From positions 1 through 33,247 of the forward strand of contig JAITNA010000209.1 of the NCBI GenBank assembly GCA_031290715.1: 33,247 nt of DNA. The letters are read 5' to 3'. The notes under the pieces were generated by a model, which saw only the letters and a list, made by a program, of their open reading frames with translations, was not told the DNA's origin and searched no databases. Position numbers and translations under genes: made by a program. How positions within the stretch are numbered: position 1 is the stretch's first letter; each line of letters starts with the position of its first letter. Positions 8,198-15,062 of this stretch are shown here, piece by piece. Origin of the DNA: Eubacteriales Family XIII. Incertae Sedis bacterium (GTDB lineage Bacteria; Bacillota; Clostridia; Peptostreptococcales; Anaerovoracaceae).

Positions 8198-9026
8198 TTT
8201 TCCCTCCCCGCGCGAACGCCTTGAAAATCCCCGCCGACAAGGGTTCCGTTTCATTCAGATAAATATCGAGCAGCGCTTTTTCCAAGCTCTTGATGTCGAG
8301 GAAGCGCGTGAGTTTTCCGTCCTGCGCCGTCGAGATGATCCCCGTTTCCTCGCTGACGATGATGGCATACGCGTCAGAAACCTCCGTGATCCCAATGCCG
8401 GCTCTGTGCCGCATGCCGAGCTCCGGCGGCAGGTCGCGGTTGCGCGTCAGCGGCAGCACACAGCGCGCCGCGTGTACGGAGCCGTCCGTGATGATCACGG
8501 CCCCGTCGTGCAGGGGCGCGCCGGCGTAGAAGATATTTTCAAGAAGCTCCGGCGTCAATTCGCTGTTGAGAATGGCGCCCGTTTCCGCGAAATCGTTCAG
8601 CGCCACATCCCGTTCAATAATGATCAACGCGCCCACCTTGTTTGCGGAAAAGTAATCGACCGCCGTCGTGAGGGCCGCCGCCCCGGTCTTGGCGGCGTTC
8701 TTGTCGCTGATTTGCAGCTTGCCGCGCAGAAACCGGCTTCTGCCGAGAAATTCAAGCGCCCGCCTGAGCTCCGGTTGAAAGACGATGACGAGCGCGATGA
8801 TACCGAACTGCATGAGATTGATCAAAATCCAATTCAGCGCGTACAAATGGACGACGCCCGAAAGAAACATCGCAACGACAAGAATGAGCAGACCCTTGAC
8901 GAGCTGTTCCGCCCGCGTTTCCCGGATGAACTGCAATATTTTGAATATGACAAAGGCAATGATCGCTACATCGATGAAATCAATAATGCCGATTTCCGAA
9001 GCAAAATTGTCGAAGAATTCACTCAT
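8184..9026 (-). CDS. cdaA: Diadenylate cyclase (c-di-AMP synthase) CdaA
   Basis: 280 aa. Three N-terminal TM helices plus a DAC domain with the motifs PLHDGAVII and RHRAGIG and the segment SEETGIIS. Confidence 0.95.
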   Translation of the reverse strand: MSEFFDNFASEIGIIDFIDVAIIAFVIFKILQFIRETRAEQLVKGLLILVVAMFLSGVVHLYALNWILINLMQFGIIALVIVFQPELRRALEFLGRSRFLRGKLQISDKNAAKTGAAALTTAVDYFSANKVGALIIIERDVALNDFAETGAILNSELTPELLENIFYAGAPLHDGAVIITDGSVHAARCVLPLTRNRDLPPELGMRHRAGIGITEVSDAYAIIVSEETGIISTAQDGKLTRFLDIKSLEKALLDIYLNETEPLSAGIFKAFARGGKNASK

Positions 9027-9053
9027 GACAGTTGCTTTCTTTTTGCAATACTC

Positions 9054-9080
9054 CCTTACAACCCTTACAAGCCTTACAAC
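9054..9080 (-). repeat. Three tandem 9-nt repeats (minus strand NTTGTAAGG x3) spanning the hpf stop codon and the cdaA 5' region
   Basis: On the plus strand, CCTTACAA occurs at 9054-9061, 9063-9070 and 9072-9079, each followed by one variable base. Confidence 0.9.
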
Positions 9081-9610
9081 GAAGTTTCAAGCAGGCCGTA
9101 TTTCTCGTCGTTCCTCTTGTAGACCACGCCGATTCCGTTTGTATCCATATCGAGGAATACAAAAAAACTGTGCCCGACCAATTCCATCTGAAGCACCGCT
9201 TCTTCCGGGCTCATCGGCAGCAGTTCAAATTTCTTTCGGCGGACGATTTCGATCTCCGCGACCGCCGCGCCGCCGTCGTCGGCATCGGGCACGTCGTCAA
9301 ACACGATGGACTTGTTATCCTTGTGTTTGTTTGCAAGCTTCCTCTTGTATTTGCTCATCTGCGCGGAAAGCTTGTCAACCACCTTGTCGATGCCGCCGTA
9401 AATATCCTGCGTGACCTCCTCCGCGCGGAAGATTGTCCCGCTCGCGTTGATCGTGGCTTCGATCTTTTGGCGGTCCCTTTCCATGGACAGGGTCACATTT
9501 GTTTCGATGTCGCTCGAAAAATATTTCCCGAGCCGGGATAGTTTGGATTCGATGGTATCCCGCAGATGATTGCTTGCGTTGATATTCTTACTGGTGATAA
9601 TAATCTTCAT
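9074..9610 (-). CDS. hpf: Ribosome hibernation promoting factor, long form (HPF/RaiA/YfiA family)
   Basis: MKIIITSKNINASNHLRDTIESKLSRLGKYF... plus the C-terminal dimerisation domain (KFELLPMSPEEAVLQMELVGHSFFVFLD). The start at 9610 is preceded by GGAGGAAAGCACC; the 19 upstream ORF codons lack an RBS. Confidence 0.93.
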   Translation of the reverse strand: MKIIITSKNINASNHLRDTIESKLSRLGKYFSSDIETNVTLSMERDRQKIEATINASGTIFRAEEVTQDIYGGIDKVVDKLSAQMSKYKRKLANKHKDNKSIVFDDVPDADDGGAAVAEIEIVRRKKFELLPMSPEEAVLQMELVGHSFFVFLDMDTNGIGVVYKRNDEKYGLLETSL

Positions 9611-9776
9611 GGTGCTTTCCTCCATGCCATGTATTGATAAGCTGTCCTTGCTATCATAATATATCATATGCGGACAAGAAATTGTGAAACTTCGTGAAGT
9701 TTATCCGAAAAGTTTTAGAAAAAACTCAAAAATCCCCGACGCGGAATGACTTCGAGTTCCCGCTTTTTGACTTTTC

Positions 9777-9962
9777 TGCGCGGCAAGGACCGCCCGCTGA
9801 CCTGATCTTTGACCCCACACTCGCCCGTACGCTTTGAAAACGCTTGGGACTTACTCCTAAACTGCGCCATGATCGCCGTCGCCCTCGCGCCGGTTTACGT
9901 GGGTCCTTTCGCCCGCAGCTGGCCTGGACTTTCAATCACAGCCGGGCGGTCCTTGCCGCGCA
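9777..9962 (-). ncRNA. Candidate raiA-motif structured ncRNA (core closed by a 20-bp helix)
   Basis: 9777-9796 is a perfect 20-bp complement of 9943-9962, enclosing 146 GC-rich nt. The position between comFC and hpf/raiA, on the same strand, is the hallmark genomic context of the raiA motif RNA class. I cannot verify the motif consensus by eye. Confidence 0.45.
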
Positions 9963-10769
9963 TTCGGTTTTGAACAGGCCCTTTGCCGTCCCGCCGTCCG
10001 CGCCGATCGCGAAAACAAACACATCCGCGCGGGCCGCCCCCGCGCCATAGAGGATATCGGCGCAAGCATCCGCCGAGCTCCCTGTCGTGTACACGTCGTC
10101 CGCAAGCAGGATTCGTTTGCCTTTTATTTTTTCTATCATACCATATCCGGCCGCAATCGTCCCCCGCAGATTTTGCATGCGCGCGGACAGTCCCAGACTG
10201 CTCATAACAGCCGTATCGGTCTTTCTTTCGAGCAGCCCCTCCGCATAGCGAATCCCGATACGCTTCGCCAGGCCGCGCGCGAGCAGGGCCGCTTGGTCAA
10301 AACCCCTGCGCGCCTTTTTGTTTCGGCTCATCGGAATCGCGGTGATCGCGTCATAGTAAAGGGCCTCCCCCGTCGCCGGGTCGGTTTCCGCAAAATACCG
10401 CGCCGCCATGACCGCCGCGAGCGCCTCCGCCGTATAGGCCCTGTCCCGGTACTTCATGTCCCGCACCAGATCGGCCGCGCGGCCGGCGTACAGCGCACAG
10501 GCATAGCCCCGCCCGTAGACATGCGCCCCGCCATCGCAGTCGCCGCAAAACGTACCGGGGTTCTCCTCCGAAAGCATTTTGCCGCATTTTTCGCACAGCC
10601 TGCCGCGAACCCACGGGATCTCATCAAGGCACGAAGCGCACAGCGGCGCCGCTTCCCCCGCGAAAGCGCGGGCGGCCCCGGCCGGAACGGCAGCGGCGTC
10701 CGCGGAAAGCTGTTTCCCGCAGGAAAGGCAATAGAGCGCGGGCGGGAAGATCAGGCTCGCGGCGTTCAT
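9936..10769 (-). CDS. comFC: ComF family protein (ComFC-type phosphoribosyltransferase)
   Basis: 277 aa. N-terminal Cys-rich zinc-finger-like segments (CLSCGKQL, CASCLDEI, CEKCGKML, CGDCDG) and a C-terminal PRTase motif (ILLADDVYTTGSS). There is a 4-nt ATGA-type overlap with recD2. Confidence 0.88.
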   Translation of the reverse strand: MNAASLIFPPALYCLSCGKQLSADAAAVPAGAARAFAGEAAPLCASCLDEIPWVRGRLCEKCGKMLSEENPGTFCGDCDGGAHVYGRGYACALYAGRAADLVRDMKYRDRAYTAEALAAVMAARYFAETDPATGEALYYDAITAIPMSRNKKARRGFDQAALLARGLAKRIGIRYAEGLLERKTDTAVMSSLGLSARMQNLRGTIAAGYGMIEKIKGKRILLADDVYTTGSSADACADILYGAGAARADVFVFAIGADGGTAKGLFKTECAARTARL

Positions 10770-12976
10770 GTCCGCGGATACGCCCGAAGGAACGACGCGA
10801 GCGCGGAGTAGCGGTCTTTGCTTCCCGCGTTCCCGACCATGACGGATAGGCGGCTTTCGCTGCCCACGAGTACGACGAGGTCGCGCCCGCGCGTGATTGC
10901 CGTGTACAGGAGATTGCGCGTCGCGAGCATGGGCGGGACAAACATCATCGGCATGACGACGACAGGGTATTCGCTCCCCTGGCTCTTGTGTACCGTGATG
11001 GCATAGGCGAGCTCTATGTGATCGAAACCGTCCTCGTCGTATTTCACGAGCCTGACGTCGTCAAAAATCACACTGATCGTATCGTCGTCCTCGTTGATGG
11101 ATTCGATGAATCCGATGTCCCCGTTGAATATGCCCTCGCCTTTGTCCAAACTCGAAAGATCGATCCATGACAGGGTATAGTCGTTTTTCATCTGCATGAC
11201 CTTGTCGCCCTTCCGAAAGACCCGCCCGCCGTGGCGGCGTTCGCTCTTTCCGGGCGCGGGCGGGTTGAGTACCGCCTGAAGCTCCGCGTTCAGGCTGATC
11301 GTGCCAAGGCGGCGGTTTTTGACAGGCGTAATGACCTGAATGTCGCGCCGCGTATGCCCTTCGCCGCAGTATTTGGGGAGCCTTGTCCGCACCAGATCAA
11401 GGATGGATTTCAGCGCGCTTTCTTCATCGTTTTTCCGCTCCAGAAAGAAGTTGCCGTCTTTCTCGTTCACAATCGGCATCTCGCCGCGGTTGATACGGTG
11501 CGCGTTGGTAACGATCAGGCTCTCGGCCGCCTGACGGTAGATTTCATGAAGCCCCGCGAAGTCGACGCGTTCGGAGGATAGGATGTCTTTCAGGACATTC
11601 CCCGCGCCCACGGGCGGGAGCTGATCCGCGTCCCCGACAATGATCAGGCGAATCCCCGACGGCAGCGCGTCGATGAGCGCGTGCATGAGCAGGACGTCGA
11701 TCATGGACGCTTCGTCAATGATGAGCGCGTCGATCTCGAGCGGGCTGTAGCTGTCCTTTCCGAAATACATCTTTTCGCTGTCCGGATCCGCGCTGTATTC
11801 CAAAAGCCGATGGAGGGTCTTGGCTTCATAGCCCGTGGATTCCGTGATCCGTTTTGCCGCCCGCCCCGTAGGCGCCGCAATCGCGATCTCAAAATCGCAG
11901 AACGCGAGAATGTCCGCGACGGCTTTGATGATGGTCGTTTTTCCCGTTCCGGGGCCGCCCGTAATCACAAAAACGCCGCTCGTCAGCGAATGTTCAATCG
12001 CCTGTTTCTGCTCTCCGGACAACACGATACCCTTTTCTGTTTCCATCGCCGAGATCAAAGCATCGATATGGGCGCGCACGGGCTTGATATCTGCCGCCGC
12101 AAGCCGCCCAAGGCCGTTGCATACGCCCTTTTCGGCCAAATAGTACGAGGCCAAAAAGTAGGCGTCCTCCCCATCGACCTTCTCCTTTTGAATGCCGCCG
12201 CCGATCACGAGGGACAGCGCCGCGTCCTCAATCTCGTCCCGCGCGACGCCGAGCAGCGCGGACGTATCCTCCATGAAGCGTTCGCGCGGCAGATAGGTAT
12301 TGCCGCCCGCGGCGGCGTTCGCGAGGACATAGAGGATGCCGGCTCCGATACGCTGTTCGCTGTTCTCTGCCAGACCCAGACGCAGCGCGATCCGGTCCGC
12401 CGTCTTGAAATCGATCCCGTCCGCTTCCCGCACAAGGCGAAAGGGGTCCTCGCTCACAAGCCCGACCGTTTCGCCGCCGTACTTGCGGTAGAGCTTCATG
12501 GCCGTCGCGCGCTCCACGCCAAGACGGACAAAATGCAAAACGACGTCCGCGATCTCCCGGCGCTCCGCGTAGGATTCCTTGATCTGCTCCAATTTTTTTG
12601 CGCCGATTCCCGGAATACCGAGCAGACGTTCCGGCGCGCCCTCCAAAACGGAAAGGGTTTCATCCCCAAACCTTGCCACGATGATCGCCGCGGTTTTCGG
12701 GCCGACGCCCCGCAGGATTCCCGATCCCAGAAAATCCTCCATGCTGCCCGCGTCCGTGGGTTCCGCTTCCTCATAATCCTTGAAAACAAACTGTTCGCCG
12801 AAGCGCCCGTTGACCTCAAACGCGCCTTTCAGGACACAGAGCATTCCGCTTCGCGCGTCCGGCATCAGGCCTACGGCGCGCGTCCTCCGCTTGCCGGCCT
12901 TGACGTCGACGACGGCGAATCCGTTCCCCTCGTTTCGGAAAACGACCCGTTCAATGACGCAGGAGAGTTCCGTCAT
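10766..12976 (-). CDS. recD2: SF1B ATP-dependent RecD-like DNA helicase (RecD2)
   Basis: 736 aa. Walker A GGPGTGKTT, LIIDEASMID, GDADQLPPVG, and a C-terminal AITVHKSQGSE motif. Confidence 0.93.
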   Translation of the reverse strand: MTELSCVIERVVFRNEGNGFAVVDVKAGKRRTRAVGLMPDARSGMLCVLKGAFEVNGRFGEQFVFKDYEEAEPTDAGSMEDFLGSGILRGVGPKTAAIIVARFGDETLSVLEGAPERLLGIPGIGAKKLEQIKESYAERREIADVVLHFVRLGVERATAMKLYRKYGGETVGLVSEDPFRLVREADGIDFKTADRIALRLGLAENSEQRIGAGILYVLANAAAGGNTYLPRERFMEDTSALLGVARDEIEDAALSLVIGGGIQKEKVDGEDAYFLASYYLAEKGVCNGLGRLAAADIKPVRAHIDALISAMETEKGIVLSGEQKQAIEHSLTSGVFVITGGPGTGKTTIIKAVADILAFCDFEIAIAAPTGRAAKRITESTGYEAKTLHRLLEYSADPDSEKMYFGKDSYSPLEIDALIIDEASMIDVLLMHALIDALPSGIRLIIVGDADQLPPVGAGNVLKDILSSERVDFAGLHEIYRQAAESLIVTNAHRINRGEMPIVNEKDGNFFLERKNDEESALKSILDLVRTRLPKYCGEGHTRRDIQVITPVKNRRLGTISLNAELQAVLNPPAPGKSERRHGGRVFRKGDKVMQMKNDYTLSWIDLSSLDKGEGIFNGDIGFIESINEDDDTISVIFDDVRLVKYDEDGFDHIELAYAITVHKSQGSEYPVVVMPMMFVPPMLATRNLLYTAITRGRDLVVLVGSESRLSVMVGNAGSKDRYSALASFLRAYPRT

Positions 12977-13956
12977 GGCTGTTCGCTTTGGTCCTCGGCG
13001 TTTTGGGCCCGGTACAGCTTGCGGCCGTCAAGTGTGCGGATCCAGTCGGAAAAATGACCCGGCCGCACACCGGAGAGCGCTTCCTCGAAATCATAGAGCT
13101 TCGCGTCGATCATATCCATGTAATGCAGGGCTTCCGCTTCGGGGAAGAGCGGCCTTTTCGGGCTTCCGAAATCGGGCTCGTAATGATGGGAAATCATCAT
13201 ATGTTCGAGCATGACGGCTTTCTCATTCGGCAAACCGATCTCATCGGCCAGACGGTCGATCGTGCGCACGCCCATGATGAGGTGGCCGAGCAGCTGCCCC
13301 TCCAAGGTATATTCCGTCACCGTCCCGTTTTCATCCGCGTCCATCTCGTTAAGCTTTTCGATATCGTGTACGATGACGCCGCACAGGAGCAGGTCGCGGT
13401 TGAGGAAGGTATAGACCTCGCAGCAGCGCTCCGCCATCATGAGCATACGCTTGACATGATACAGCAAACCGCCGAAAATGGCGTGATGGTTGGCTTTCGC
13501 GGCCGGATAATAGAGCAGCCGTTCCTTGTTGTCCGAAAGAAGCTTCGCCGCCGTTTCGCGGTAATCCGCGTCAGAGAGCCCCTGCGCCTTGCCGTAGATG
13601 AAATCAAACATCTCCGTCGGCGTTTCCGGCGCGGCCCGCACAAAATCAATCCGATCCAACGCGTCGCCCTCCGTCGACGGCCGGATACGCGTAATACGCA
13701 GCTGGTTTGCGCCGTTCCATTCCGTGACCGATGCCTTGATCTTCACGATGCCGCCCACCGCAATCCGCTGCAGCGCTTCGACCTCCGCGCTGTCCGCGTC
13801 CCACTTTTTCCCGGAAATCTCCCCCGTCTTGTCAGCCAGCAAAACATCAAAATACTGTTTGCTGTTCGACCCGGTTTTGATCTCCGCGCGTTTCACGAGA
13901 AAAAAGTCCGCAAACTCCTCCCCCGATACAATGTCCGCCACATATTTTTGTTTCAT
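12973..13956 (-). CDS. yhaM: 3'-5' exoribonuclease YhaM (OB-fold plus HD domain)
   Basis: N-terminal OB fold (FFLVKRAEIKTGSNSKQYFDVLLADKTGEISGKKW) and an HD domain (IFGGLLYHVKRM...VIVHDIEK). The start at 13956 is preceded by AAAGAGGTGAAA; the ATG at 13980 lacks an RBS. Confidence 0.88.
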   Translation of the reverse strand: MKQKYVADIVSGEEFADFFLVKRAEIKTGSNSKQYFDVLLADKTGEISGKKWDADSAEVEALQRIAVGGIVKIKASVTEWNGANQLRITRIRPSTEGDALDRIDFVRAAPETPTEMFDFIYGKAQGLSDADYRETAAKLLSDNKERLLYYPAAKANHHAIFGGLLYHVKRMLMMAERCCEVYTFLNRDLLLCGVIVHDIEKLNEMDADENGTVTEYTLEGQLLGHLIMGVRTIDRLADEIGLPNEKAVMLEHMMISHHYEPDFGSPKRPLFPEAEALHYMDMIDAKLYDFEEALSGVRPGHFSDWIRTLDGRKLYRAQNAEDQSEQP

Positions 13957-14027
13957 TTTCACCTCTTTCAACCCATTCAACTCATCCCGTTCAAAACCGC
14001 TCTCCGTCCGCTTCCGCGCCTATTCCC

Positions 14028-14056
14028 ATTGTAAGGCACAAAACCGCGAATGTCAA
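14028..14056 (-). promoter_or_regulatory. Sigma70-type promoter for the yhaM-recD2-comFC operon
   Basis: On the minus strand: TTGACA (14051-14056), 17-nt spacer, TACAAT (14028-14033). It lies about 70 nt upstream of the yhaM start. Confidence 0.7.
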
Positions 14057-14082
14057 ATTTTCCCTTTTACTTTTATATACTA

Positions 14083-14229
14083 ACTATTCAGCCATGGGCG
14101 ATTATTTGTTGAAGGTCGGTGTTTTCAGGCAAGTTCTGATGCGTAGGCGTACTGTATACGTACGTTGGAGCAGCAGGTTTTGCCTGAAAGCGCCGAGATT
14201 CGGCAAATAGGCGTTCATGTCTGAATAGT
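14083..14229 (+). ncRNA. 147-nt imperfect palindrome (70-bp arms, 7-nt loop); candidate plus-strand structured RNA or MITE-like element
   Basis: Pairing 14083+i with 14229-i gives 50 Watson-Crick pairs, 12 G-T pairs and 8 mismatches. All 12 wobble positions are G-T on the plus strand (C-A on the minus strand), and none favours the minus strand. It sits between the ecfT stop (14235) and the yhaM promoter. Confidence 0.4.
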
Positions 14230-14234
14230 AACCC

Positions 14235-15062
14235 TCAAAACAGCGCCACAACCCATCCCTGCACCTCAAACCATCGCTCCGCGAGAATCAGCGCCAAATA
14301 CACCGCGTAGGCGATGATGGCCCCCGTATCCCTGCGCCCCCACTTGAACACATGGAGCTTCGTGCGCCCCTCCCCGCCGCGGTAACACCGGGCTTCCATC
14401 GCCATCGCCAAATCGCCGGCCATGCGGAAGGCCCCCACGATGAGCGGGATGAAAATGGGAATCATATTTTTCGCTCGCCGGAAGATACTGCCCGTTTCAA
14501 AATCCGCGCCGCGCGCCATCTGCGCCTTCATGATCTTGTCCGTTTCCTCGAGCAGCGTCGGGATGAAGCGAAGCGCGATCGTCATCATCATCGCGAGCTC
14601 GTGGGCCGGCAGGCCGAAGCGCACGAAAGGCTTCAGCAAGCTTTCGATGCCGTCCGTCAGCTTTACCGGCTTTGTCGTGAACGTGAGCAGCGAGCAGCCG
14701 ACGATCAAAAAAACGATCCGCAGCGCCATGTAGCACGCGGTGTACAGCCCCTGCTCCGTGATTTTCAGCGGCCCCAGGCGCAGCCAGACCTCCCCGTCCG
14801 TCATGAACAAATTGATTACAAACGTGAACGCGATAATAATGAACACCGGCCGAAGCCCTCGCAGCATGAACCGCGCGGGGACGCCCGACACCTTGACGAC
14901 GATCAACAAGCTGACGAAAATAACGAGATAGCCGATGAAATCGGCGGCCAGAAAGATCGACACCATGTAGGCGAGCGTCAAAATAATCTTCAGCCGCGTA
15001 TCGAGTTTGTGTACGGCGCTGTAGCCGGGATAATACTGCCCGATTGTGATATCGCGGATCAT
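14235..15062 (-). CDS. ecfT: ECF transporter transmembrane component EcfT
   Basis: 275-aa polytopic membrane protein starting MIRDITIGQYYPGYSAVHKLDTRLKI. It contains the ARG coupling motif (MARGADFETG) and overlaps the ecfA stop by 4 nt. Confidence 0.92.
   Translation of the reverse strand: MIRDITIGQYYPGYSAVHKLDTRLKIILTLAYMVSIFLAADFIGYLVIFVSLLIVVKVSGVPARFMLRGLRPVFIIIAFTFVINLFMTDGEVWLRLGPLKITEQGLYTACYMALRIVFLIVGCSLLTFTTKPVKLTDGIESLLKPFVRFGLPAHELAMMMTIALRFIPTLLEETDKIMKAQMARGADFETGSIFRRAKNMIPIFIPLIVGAFRMAGDLAMAMEARCYRGGEGRTKLHVFKWGRRDTGAIIAYAVYLALILAERWFEVQGWVVALF

Noticed and set aside
9726-9935. 69-aa highly basic ORF starting with TTG directly in frame after the comFC TGA stop
   Set aside because: It has no RBS and an alternative start codon only. 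Its composition matches what a GC-rich non-coding region would give. It coincides with the candidate structured RNA. Stop-codon read-through of comFC cannot be excluded, but nothing supports it.
9700-9962. c-di-AMP (ydaO-type) riboswitch upstream of hpf/cdaA
   Set aside because: I looked for the conserved ydaO blocks as I remember them from the B. subtilis sequence (GGGGACCCA, GGGGUGAAUCC, and CCCGAACCCGUCAGCUAACCUCGUAAGCG). Only a trivial GGACCCA match is present.
14083-14229. Integron attC site, retron msd or IS200/IS605 end as the explanation for the long hairpin
   Set aside because: No integrase, reverse transcriptase or TnpA/TnpB gene is nearby. The ends (ACTATTCAG...CTGAATAGT) lack the attC R''/R' core (RYYYAAC...GTTRRRY). 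The question stays open as a finding rather than being assigned to one of these classes.
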